Positions 56,483 to 64,000 of a stretch of DNA of 64,000 nucleotides are shown piece after piece. The notes beneath the pieces are model-generated. The model saw nothing but the letters and a program-made list of their open reading frames with translations. It did no database searches and was not told where the DNA came from. How positions within the stretch are numbered: the first letter of the stretch is position 1; every line of letters starts with the position of its first letter. The DNA is taken from NCBI GenBank assembly GCA_045594705.1, contig JAZNZB010000090.1, forward strand, positions 20,679 to 84,678, written 5' to 3'. The DNA comes from Eubacteriales bacterium. GTDB lineage: Bacteria; Bacillota; Clostridia; Oscillospirales; CAG-272. Position numbers and translations under genes: made by a program.

Positions 56483-57070
56483 ATGAGAACATGGGAAATC
56501 AACAGAAAAACAAATGAAACCGAAATTTCGCTGAAGTTCAACCTGGACGGTGTCGGCCAAAGTCAGATTCAAACAGATTGCGGTTTTTTGGCCCACATGC
56601 TGACATTGTTTGCCAAGCACGGCGGCTTTGATCTTGAACTCATCTGCAAAGGCGACAGCGAGGTGGATTTCCACCACACTGCCGAAGACATTGGCATTTG
56701 CCTTGGTGACGCATTTGCAAAGGCGCTGGGCGATTGCAAGGGTATTTGCAGATATGGCGATATCATTCTGCCCATGGACGAAGCACTGATGCTTTGTGCG
56801 GTGGACATTTCCGGACGTCCGTATCTCGGATACAGTGTTGATATCCCGGCAGCACGTGTCGGTGACTTTGATACCGAGCTGGCTGAGGAATTCTGGCTTG
56901 CGTTCGTTCGTCGTGCGGGCATTACCCTCCACCTGCAGATGCTTGCAGGAAAGAATTCGCATCACATTATTGAAGCCGAATTCAAGGCTGTTGCGCGTGC
57001 ACTTGCAAAGGCCTGTGCAATCGACGCAGCAAAAGCTGATCAAATTCCCTCCACGAAAGGCGTATTATGA
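56483..57070 (+). CDS. hisB: Imidazoleglycerol-phosphate dehydratase
   Basis: The ATG at 56483 gives a 195-aa product (RKTNETEISL ... HHTAEDIGI ... HHIIEAEFKA). The track's 56399 start overlaps the hisC end. Confidence 0.92.
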   Translation: MRTWEINRKTNETEISLKFNLDGVGQSQIQTDCGFLAHMLTLFAKHGGFDLELICKGDSEVDFHHTAEDIGICLGDAFAKALGDCKGICRYGDIILPMDEALMLCAVDISGRPYLGYSVDIPAARVGDFDTELAEEFWLAFVRRAGITLHLQMLAGKNSHHIIEAEFKAVARALAKACAIDAAKADQIPSTKGVL

Positions 57071-57696
57071 CAACCATTATCGATTACGGCGTTGGAAACC
57101 TGTTTTCTCTTGCCTGCTCACTTGAAAAGATCGGTGAGCAGACAGAGGTGACATCGGATGCCGAAAAAATCATGAATGCCGAAAGAATTATACTGCCCGG
57201 CGTTGGTGCATTTGAGGATGCTGCCAAGAAACTCAAAGAAAGTGGGCTTGACAAAGTGGTACTTTCCAAAGCCGCTGCAGGCACGCCCATTCTCGGTATC
57301 TGTCTTGGCATGCAAATGCTGTTTGATAAAAGCTATGAATTCGGTGAGCATCAAGGCCTTGGGCTGATTCCGGGCAGTATCAAGCCGATTGCCCCTGTTA
57401 TAGGGGGACTCAAATCTCCGCAAATGGGCTGGAACAGTCTGATCTTCCCCTCTGACAAGCCCAAGCACCCAATTTTCAAGTACGTCAATCAAGGTGATTA
57501 CGTTTATTTCGTGCATTCCTATGCTGCCATGGACTGTGACGCATCCGTGACGGCATTGACCGAATACGGTGCACTTCTGACCGCAGCAGCTTGCTACGGT
57601 AACGTATGCGGCACACAATTCCATCCCGAAAAGAGCGGTAACGTAGGCCTTGCGATCCTGCGTGCATTTACCGAGATTCCTACAACACAACCTTAA
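57067..57696 (+). CDS. hisH: Imidazole glycerol phosphate synthase, glutamine amidotransferase subunit
   Basis: IDYGVGNL, GICLGMQ and QFHPEKS motifs. Confidence 0.93.
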   Translation: MTTIIDYGVGNLFSLACSLEKIGEQTEVTSDAEKIMNAERIILPGVGAFEDAAKKLKESGLDKVVLSKAAAGTPILGICLGMQMLFDKSYEFGEHQGLGLIPGSIKPIAPVIGGLKSPQMGWNSLIFPSDKPKHPIFKYVNQGDYVYFVHSYAAMDCDASVTALTEYGALLTAAACYGNVCGTQFHPEKSGNVGLAILRAFTEIPTTQP

Positions 57697-57709
57697 TTTG
57701 GAGAATATT

Positions 57710-58429
57710 ATGATTCTTTTTCCCGCAATTGATCTCATAGACGGTAAAGCGGTGCGCCTATACAAGGGCGATTACGCACAAATGACCGTATATAGCGATG
57801 ACCCCGTATCCGTCGCAAGATCGTTTGAACAAGCAGGCGCGACTCATCTGCACGTTGTGGACCTGCAAGGTGCGCGTGACGGCGGCACTCCCAATTTTAT
57901 GACCGTTTCCAATATCATCGGGAACACTTCCCTTTGCGTTGAGATAGGCGGCGGCATCCGCGACATGGATACTGTTGAAAAATACTTGAATGCAGGAGCG
58001 TTTCGTGTCATTCTGGGCACGGCTGCACTAACCGACCCCGAGTTTCTTGTGCAAGCAGTTGCCAAATACGGTGACAGAATTGCCGTAGGTGCAGATCTGC
58101 GCGATGGCATGGTGGCAACAAACGGTTGGTTAGAAACCTCTCAGGTCAGCGGTTATGAGTTTATCGAAAACATGCAAAAAGTTGGCGTAAAGGTCATCAT
58201 TTGCACCGATATATCCAAAGACGGTGTGCTTGGCGGCACAAACCGTGCGCTGTATCGATCTCTGCAGGATAAGTTCCCTGACATGATGTTCACCGCCTCG
58301 GGCGGCATTTCGGATCTTGAAACCGTCAAAGCGCTCAATGACATGAATATGTACGGAGCGATCCTTGGAAAAGCACTCTACACAGGTGCGCTGGATCTTG
58401 CCACGGCAGTCAGGGAGGTGACAACATGA
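57710..58429 (+). CDS. hisA: ProFAR isomerase
   Basis: The ATG at 57710 follows ggag (MILFPAIDLIDGKAVRL). Confidence 0.92.
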   Translation: MILFPAIDLIDGKAVRLYKGDYAQMTVYSDDPVSVARSFEQAGATHLHVVDLQGARDGGTPNFMTVSNIIGNTSLCVEIGGGIRDMDTVEKYLNAGAFRVILGTAALTDPEFLVQAVAKYGDRIAVGADLRDGMVATNGWLETSQVSGYEFIENMQKVGVKVIICTDISKDGVLGGTNRALYRSLQDKFPDMMFTASGGISDLETVKALNDMNMYGAILGKALYTGALDLATAVREVTT

Positions 58430-59184
58430 TCACCAAGCGAATTATTCCCTGTCTTGACGTCAAGGACGGACGCGTTGTCAAGGGCGTCAATTTCGCAGGC
58501 TTGCGCGACGTCAACTCACCTGTGGAGCTTGCCAAGTATTACAGTGACAACGGCGCTGACGAGCTTGTTTTTTACGATATCGCGGCATCGGCAGCAGAAC
58601 GAGCCCTGTTTACCGACATTCTGACAGAAACGGCTAAAGAGGTGTTTATTCCGCTGACCGTGGGCGGTGGCATCAATTCCCTTTCGGATTTTGAGCGCGT
58701 GCTCGCTTGCGGTGCGGACAAGGTCAGCGTCAATACCGGCGCGATCAAAAACCCCGATCTGATCTACGCCGCGGCAAGAAAGTACGGCAGTCAATGCGTG
58801 GTGCTCTCGGCTGATATCAAGCGCGTGGACGGCGTTTTCCGTGTGTTTGCCAAGGGCGGACGCGAAAACACGGGCATCGAGGCCTTGGAATGGCTCAGAC
58901 GTGCCGAGGAGAACGGTGCGGGCGAGATCGTGGTCAATTCGATCGACACGGACGGCGTCAAGCAAGGCTTTGACCTTGAAATGCTGGAGCAGGTCTGCAA
59001 TACGGTCAACGTACCCGTGATTGCCTCGGGTGGCGCGGGCTGTGTACAGGACTTTGTGACACTGTTCAAGTCTGTGCCCGGTGTTGATGCGGGTCTTGCC
59101 GCATCGGTATTCCATTTCGGAGAAATCAAAATCCCCTCGCTCAAGCAGAGTCTGCACGAGCAAGGGATCATCGTAAGGAGATAG
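58426..59184 (+). CDS. hisF: Imidazole glycerol phosphate synthase, cyclase subunit
   Basis: [16 protein letters not shown] ... typical HisF. Confidence 0.93.
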   Translation: MITKRIIPCLDVKDGRVVKGVNFAGLRDVNSPVELAKYYSDNGADELVFYDIAASAAERALFTDILTETAKEVFIPLTVGGGINSLSDFERVLACGADKVSVNTGAIKNPDLIYAAARKYGSQCVVLSADIKRVDGVFRVFAKGGRENTGIEALEWLRRAEENGAGEIVVNSIDTDGVKQGFDLEMLEQVCNTVNVPVIASGGAGCVQDFVTLFKSVPGVDAGLAASVFHFGEIKIPSLKQSLHEQGIIVRR

Positions 59185-59186
59185 TT

Positions 59187-59834
59187 ATGTTAGAAATCAA
59201 GGATTTGAAATTTGATCAGAACGGTCTGATCCCTGCCATCGTCGTGGACGCGCAGGACGGCAAGGTTCTGATGCTGGCTTATATGAACGCAGAGAGTCTG
59301 CAGATCACCATGGAAGAAGGCACGACCTGCTTCTGGTCGCGCTCCAGACAAGAGCTTTGGAGAAAAGGCGAAACGTCGGGCAACAAGCAGCACGTGCTGT
59401 GCATCAAGGCGGACTGCGACCGCGACACGCTGACCGTGCTTGTTACCAAGGATGGTCCCGCCTGCCACACGGGCGCGGAAACCTGCTTCAACGACCTGCT
59501 TTACACAAGTGGTACAGAAGCTCCCTTCTCGCTCAATACGCTTGAAGCATTGCTTGCGGACAGACGTGAAAAGATGCCCGAGGGCTCTTATACCACTTAC
59601 CTGTTTGCCAAGGGTATGGATAAGATTCTCAAGAAGGTGGGCGAGGAATCCACCGAGGTCATCATCGCGGGCAAGAATCAGGATAAGGCCGAGGCCATTT
59701 ACGAGATCGCAGACCTTGCCTATCACGTCATGGTCATGATGAACGAAATGGGCATTTCGGTTGACGAGGTTAAGGCAGAGCTTGCGTCCAGGCATATCAT
59801 TGACCATAAGGTCAAGCAGGAAAAGATGAAATAA
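59187..59834 (+). CDS. hisIE: Bifunctional phosphoribosyl-AMP cyclohydrolase / phosphoribosyl-ATP pyrophosphatase
   Basis: [10 protein letters not shown] ... [17 protein letters not shown] (HisI) followed by a HisE-like C-terminal half. Confidence 0.9.
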   Translation: MLEIKDLKFDQNGLIPAIVVDAQDGKVLMLAYMNAESLQITMEEGTTCFWSRSRQELWRKGETSGNKQHVLCIKADCDRDTLTVLVTKDGPACHTGAETCFNDLLYTSGTEAPFSLNTLEALLADRREKMPEGSYTTYLFAKGMDKILKKVGEESTEVIIAGKNQDKAEAIYEIADLAYHVMVMMNEMGISVDEVKAELASRHIIDHKVKQEKMK

Positions 59835-59840
59835 GGAAGC

Positions 59841-59870
59841 AGGCACTCGCAATAAAGCGAGTGCCTTTAT
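59841..59870 (+). terminator. Terminator hairpin after the his operon
   Basis: aggcactcgc / gcgagtgcct 10-bp stem with an aataaa loop and a short tttat tract. Confidence 0.65.
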
Positions 59871-59877
59871 CAATTCA

Positions 59878-60084
59878 TTGCAGCATGCGCCGATCATCCG
59901 CAACTTCTATTTTCGCGACAGTAAGTGCCGTGACGAGGATTACCGCAAGGCTATGAACGAGCTAACATCCTTCTCTTTCACGGCGAAAAACCTGCATGAC
60001 GACGCGGCTGATTCCCTTGCCATGATGGCGGGGTATCTGTCTGAGAGACCTAAGGTGGTCACGGTGGCAAAGAGACCGTTTTGA
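59878..60084 (+). pseudogene. Remnant of a phage terminase large subunit (extreme C-terminus only)
   Basis: The 68-codon frame IIRNFYFRD ... YRKAMNELTSFSFTAKNLHDDAADSLAMMAGYL reads like the conserved C-terminal tail (..HDDAxDAL..) of TerL proteins. No ATPase domain, RBS or ATG is present. Confidence 0.55.
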
Positions 60085-60091
60085 TATAGCA

Positions 60092-60124
60092 AAACGCCCC
60101 CAAAATCGGGGGCGTTTGTTGTTT
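60092..60124. terminator. Bidirectional terminator between the terL remnant and the collagen-like gene
   Basis: aacgccccc / gggggcgtt stem with tttgttgttt on the plus side and ttttg on the minus side. Confidence 0.75.
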
Positions 60125-60157
60125 ATAATCCTATAACAATATTTCCAAACCATAAAG

Positions 60158-62398
60158 TTACGGTGATTTACCGTCCTCGCCATGTGAAGGATGAACGGAA
60201 ATGGTTGCTGTGACTGTCGTATAGCCATAGCCGATTAACACGAATGCTTCAAGATCAGTCACGTTGCCTTGCTTATCGATTGTATAGCTTTCCAAGGTAA
60301 TGACAGGCTCTGCAAAATCACTGCTAAGATGCTGATTAACAAAAACCTCAATGGCATCAATCAATGCCTGGTCACTGTCAATCTTCTCAAAGGTATAGCT
60401 TGCACTCTCGATCGCCTCCTTGGCTTTTTTCGCAGGATCAATTTCGTAATTCTCCAGAACGGTCACTGTATACGGCGATTGCAAAGCAGCATTAACTGCT
60501 GCCTGAGCAATTTGCGTATACTCTACAGGCAATTCCCCAAACACAGGTGATTGGGGAACGTCGATGAATGTTCCTCCATCAATCCACAGTTCCTCGGGGA
60601 TGAGATATTTTGCAAAGGTTTGCGCAACGATATAACCACCAAAAGTGTATGCTATATGTACGTCATCACGCTGGAGACCGATCACGGTTTCTTTATCGTC
60701 CGAATAATTCAGCAACCCCAGATACGTTGTTCGGGCATTTTGAACAGCTGTACCGACTGGAATAACGCCATCAAAGCTTCTGCGCGTTCTATTTCCTTTG
60801 TATTCCATGAGTTGCTTAGTCATGGCTACAATCTGCTCATATTCGGTAAGCCCTGCGTTCAAAGTTGTCGTATCGGTTGATTTCTGCCAAATCATATAGT
60901 AATATATTTTTGCTTCCGGAGCATTTTCCGAAACGTAATCAAGCATATACGGAACAGAATTCTCTATGGGCAGAAAAGCTGCATCTTCTCCCTCCAGTCC
61001 TGTTGCCAAGCCCGAATTCACTTCTGGGAAAAAGCCCTGTACTGTCACAGCATCCCATTGCTTGAGAGATATAATGTCGCTAAGCTTATGAAGCGGTTCA
61101 TCGTCATAGACCCATATGCCTGTCTCGGCCTCGTAATATCGATGCTTATATGAGGGTTCATCGGAAGACACCTGTGTTGCATGCCACGCAAGTGTTTTGG
61201 CTGCATTAATTGCCAAATGTACATCCACCTTTGTATTTTCGCCCAGCAGGGACTTAATCTGCTCGCAAAGTTGTCTAGCTGCATCATGTGAAAAACTATT
61301 ACCGATCAGCAATATGCGGTAAGGTCTTGCATCGGTAAAATCCTCCACATAACTTGCACCACAACCACAGCTATACGTAGTAAATCCTCCCTCTGTATAC
61401 GTCGGTTCAGTCACATTCTCATCAAAATCATGCATATGCCCATCTGTAAATTCAATTATGATCTGTTCATTATCATAATCGTCAAGCGTAATCGTCCCCC
61501 AAGTATCTCCCGATTTCTTGCCAATAGAAATAGCCAACAAGCCATCAGTATGAATAACGTATTCTCCTGTTCCTGTCACCCACGGTCCAAGGCTCAGCCA
61601 CTCGTTTGATTGACTGCTTGACACGATGTTGAAAATCATTTGCAGACCGTCAAGATCATAGTGAATTACAGTTCCTGCGCTAACGTAGATCAATTCACCA
61701 ACGCGAAGTCGTGTCGTTGAGTTATGTTCCTGACCGTAATAGTACGAGCCTTGCTCTATGTCAAATTTTGAGATCTCCAAATAATTGCCATCGGGATCAA
61801 TCTGATAACAATTCGTGCATTTACCATGAACATAGATATGCCCCATTGCGTCCACATAGTCCGTTACATATGAATCACCGCAAATGCAGCTATGGTTGGT
61901 ATAGCCCTGCTCGGTGCAGGATGCAGGAGTAATAACAATATCATAATCGTGCGCGATCTTATCGATTAATCCTGTTTCGGAGTGATTGCAGATTACGCAA
62001 AAACGTATTTTCATGCCGGTTTGCGTGCACGTGGGAGCAATAACAACGAACCAATCACTATACATGTGCGTACATTCAGGTTTTTCTGGAATATATACGG
62101 GATCAAGAACTGTACCATCAGTCAGCGTAATGATCAAACGACCTTGCTCATCAACTTCAATCTTTTCAATGGTAGCACCCGTTTCACCCTGCTCGCCTTG
62201 CTCGCCCTTTTCACCTTGGATGCCCTGCTCGCCTTGCTCGCCCTTTTCACCTTGGATGCCCTGCTCGCCCTGCGGGCCTTGTTCGCCTTGGATGCCTTGC
62301 TCGCCCTGCGGGCCTTGCGCTTCCTGTGTGTCACAAGCTGTCAAAAGCACCGAAAGCATCAGCAGACAAGCCAAAACCATAAAAGCCAATTTCTTCAT
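60158..62398 (-). CDS. Lipoprotein with a collagen-like G-X-Y repeat, Cys-rich repeats and an SGNH/DUF4886-like C-terminal half
   Basis: The ATG at 62398 follows ggagg. Lipobox LLTAC is followed by 16 uninterrupted G-X-Y triplets. Cys-motif repeats include [29 protein letters not shown] and [31 protein letters not shown] looks like an SGNH block I. Confidence 0.75.
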   Translation of the reverse strand: MKKLAFMVLACLLMLSVLLTACDTQEAQGPQGEQGIQGEQGPQGEQGIQGEKGEQGEQGIQGEKGEQGEQGETGATIEKIEVDEQGRLIITLTDGTVLDPVYIPEKPECTHMYSDWFVVIAPTCTQTGMKIRFCVICNHSETGLIDKIAHDYDIVITPASCTEQGYTNHSCICGDSYVTDYVDAMGHIYVHGKCTNCYQIDPDGNYLEISKFDIEQGSYYYGQEHNSTTRLRVGELIYVSAGTVIHYDLDGLQMIFNIVSSSQSNEWLSLGPWVTGTGEYVIHTDGLLAISIGKKSGDTWGTITLDDYDNEQIIIEFTDGHMHDFDENVTEPTYTEGGFTTYSCGCGASYVEDFTDARPYRILLIGNSFSHDAARQLCEQIKSLLGENTKVDVHLAINAAKTLAWHATQVSSDEPSYKHRYYEAETGIWVYDDEPLHKLSDIISLKQWDAVTVQGFFPEVNSGLATGLEGEDAAFLPIENSVPYMLDYVSENAPEAKIYYYMIWQKSTDTTTLNAGLTEYEQIVAMTKQLMEYKGNRTRRSFDGVIPVGTAVQNARTTYLGLLNYSDDKETVIGLQRDDVHIAYTFGGYIVAQTFAKYLIPEELWIDGGTFIDVPQSPVFGELPVEYTQIAQAAVNAALQSPYTVTVLENYEIDPAKKAKEAIESASYTFEKIDSDQALIDAIEVFVNQHLSSDFAEPVITLESYTIDKQGNVTDLEAFVLIGYGYTTVTATISVHPSHGEDGKSP
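62171..62314 (-). repeat. Collagen-like triplet-repeat DNA including a perfect 36-bp tandem duplication
   Basis: 62188-62223 is identical to 62224-62259 (cctgctcgccttgctcgcccttttcaccttggatgc). A further imperfect copy extends to about 62317. It encodes [12 protein letters not shown]...GETGAT. Confidence 0.9.
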
Positions 62399-62614
62399 TT
62401 CTTCCTCCAAAATCAAAAAACCATTTATAACAAAAATGATAATTTAATATTATTTTATCACTTTTCCCATAATATGTAAATGCAACTATCATACAAATAT
62501 AATGATAAATAATTGTGTAAATCCGCCATTGGCATTTCGTGCTTTTACTAAAATGCTACATCTAGTATTGGTAGGGTTTACTACATCAACATTTGGTGTT
62601 ATAGTACAGATAGA

Positions 62615-62917
62615 ATGCTGACGCCAAGGTGGGTAACAGTGAGCTACGGCCGAAGCAAAATCTACTCCGATACTAGAGAAATAACGGTAGCCAATGTCAA
62701 GGACGAGGTCAATAAGGCGGGCGCGGTACACTGTCAAAACCAGTCCGAAACCCCGACGCTGTGGAAAGAATTTCGGGGTCAGACCAAGATATTACAGAAA
62801 ACAAAAGAGATCCACGAGGAAATCAATCACAAAATCAACGAAAACCGCGCGTACGAGATTTCTTTATTCACATATAAAAAACCGCGATGCATTATACATC
62901 GCGGTTATCTGTATTAA
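62615..62917 (+). pseudogene. Remnant of a phage portal protein (N-terminal ~75 codons, SPP1 gp6-like)
   Basis: The frame ...LWKEFRGQTKILQKTKEIHEEINHKINENRAYEI resembles the N-terminal block of SPP1-type portals (YYxGxxxIL.R.K....EINNKI..N.A.EIV). Similarity ends near 62866, and the frame then runs through a neighbour's terminator hairpin. Confidence 0.5.
62876..62906 (-). terminator. Rho-independent terminator after the Gfo/Idh/MocA gene
   Basis: aaccgcgatg / catcgcggtt 10-bp stem, followed on the minus strand by tttttatatg. Confidence 0.8.
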
Positions 62918-62927
62918 ATCTTATGCT

Positions 62928-64000
62928 TTATTCCCTCTCGCAAAATGCGCCGTTTGTGAAATCCGGGAAGTCTACGGGGGCTCCGCCCTTGGCGATCGAC
63001 ATTTCGGACAGAGGTGTCACAGCCATCCAGGCAGCTGCGTCGTAGACGTCGATGGGGCAAGGCGTGCCGTTTCTGACAGCCTCGATGAACGCATCGTAAA
63101 CAAGACCGTCCATGCCGCCGTGGCCGCCGCGAATGCCTTCCTTGAGATACTTCTCCCAAACGGGATGCTCGTACTTTTCAAGATACTTTTCCGCGTTGTT
63201 CCACTGCACAGACCAATTCCAATGGTCTGCGGGCGTGAAATCGGAATCTAAGTAAACCGAGTTGTTGTCTTCCATGTACATGCCCAGCGTGCCGCGCACG
63301 GTAAATCTTCTGCTGTATGCTCTGGGCAGCGTTGTATCAAGGCTGAGCGTAATGGTTTCGCCGTTGGCGCACTTGATGATGGTGGTTACCACGTCGCCCT
63401 GTGCGAAATTCGCAGTCTGCAGAGCGGGATTGACGTTTTCGTGCTGTCTTGCATACTCGTTCATGCCGCGTGACTTGCTTGCAACCGAAACAAGATTCAA
63501 GAATCTGTTTCCTCTGTTGATACCCAAAATCTGCGCGATCGGGCCAAGCTCGTGCGTGGGGTAGTTCTCGCAGTTTCTGTGCAGATAATTGCGCAGTCTG
63601 TAGTGTCTGTTTTCTTTGCCATAAGCGACCTCATCGCGCAAATCGTGGCAATAGCCGCCCTCGCAATGCACGATCTCGCCAAACAGCCCCTGTTTGATCA
63701 TATTCATGACCATCATCTCAATTCTGCCGTAGCAGCAATTTTCAAGGAACATAAAGGGCGTTTTGGTGCGCTCGTAAGCGCGGACCATATCCCAGCATTG
63801 GTCGATCGAATAAGCACCGCCGACTTCCATACCTACGGCAATTCCCTTTTCCATGGCTTCAATGGCGATCGGCACGTGGGATTCCCACGAAGAAAGGATC
63901 AGTACAGCATCCGCAAGTGCGGGATCAAGCACCTCATGCCAGTCAGTACTTGCGAAAGGCTTTACAAATCCACGTCCTACAATGGTATTCACAGCCCAAT
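62928..64000 (-). CDS. Gfo/Idh/MocA-family oxidoreductase (GH109-like), N-terminus beyond the window edge
   Basis: The frame is open to the window end. Only the C-terminal alpha/beta domain and part of the Rossmann domain are visible (AVLILSSWESHVPIAIEAMEKGIAVGMEVGGA). Confidence 0.7.
   Translation of the reverse strand, partial: WAVNTIVGRGFVKPFASTDWHEVLDPALADAVLILSSWESHVPIAIEAMEKGIAVGMEVGGAYSIDQCWDMVRAYERTKTPFMFLENCCYGRIEMMVMNMIKQGLFGEIVHCEGGYCHDLRDEVAYGKENRHYRLRNYLHRNCENYPTHELGPIAQILGINRGNRFLNLVSVASKSRGMNEYARQHENVNPALQTANFAQGDVVTTIIKCANGETITLSLDTTLPRAYSRRFTVRGTLGMYMEDNNSVYLDSDFTPADHWNWSVQWNNAEKYLEKYEHPVWEKYLKEGIRGGHGGMDGLVYDAFIEAVRNGTPCPIDVYDAAAWMAVTPLSEMSIAKGGAPVDFPDFTNGAFCERE

Noticed and set aside
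62171-62314. Tandem repeats considered as a possible CRISPR or other non-coding array.
   Set aside because: The repeats are in frame and encode G-X-Y collagen triplets inside a long ORF. There are no spacers and no cas genes.

Overview
The window reads as chromosomal DNA from a Gram-positive, endospore-forming Firmicute, probably Clostridia. Supporting signs are GGAGG-type Shine-Dalgarno sites, many textbook TTGACA/TTGCAA-17-TATAAT promoters, stem-loop plus T-run terminators, and a spoVB-like/mazG/yabO/yabP/yabQ/divIC block. Most of it is ordinary housekeeping. This includes the clpX 3' end, one tRNA-Val(CAC), pgi, a D-Ala-D-Ala carboxypeptidase, smpB and hup. A long co-directional run carries cdaA-cdaR, an FAD protein, recJ, relA, dtd, hemZ and a uridine-kinase-like gene. 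There is also a divergent pncB/nadE NAD salvage pair and a complete hisZGDCBHAF(IE) operon. Carbohydrate-related accessory genes are interspersed. These are a nucleotidyltransferase/NahK-like kinase/galE/galM cluster, two GH78 alpha-L-rhamnosidases, a monocistronic rhaA, a Gfo/Idh/MocA (GH109-like) gene at the right edge, and three large lipoproteins of unclear function. I found no CRISPR array, rRNA, intact mobile element or recognisable defence system. The most unusual locus is 59.9-62.9 kb. There, a terminase-large C-terminal remnant and a portal N-terminal remnant flank a complete opposite-strand gene for a collagen-repeat lipoprotein. Other items worth a second look are a 24-cysteine protein with a CCTCCCCPC cluster and a GrpB/pyrophosphatase-like fusion translationally coupled to mntP. 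I also flag a SecB-like plus mini P-loop gene pair, a 686-bp ORF-free divergent region, and palindromes overlapping the his and pncB/nadE promoters. All family assignments come from reading motifs by eye and from remembered family signatures. None has been checked by a database search.
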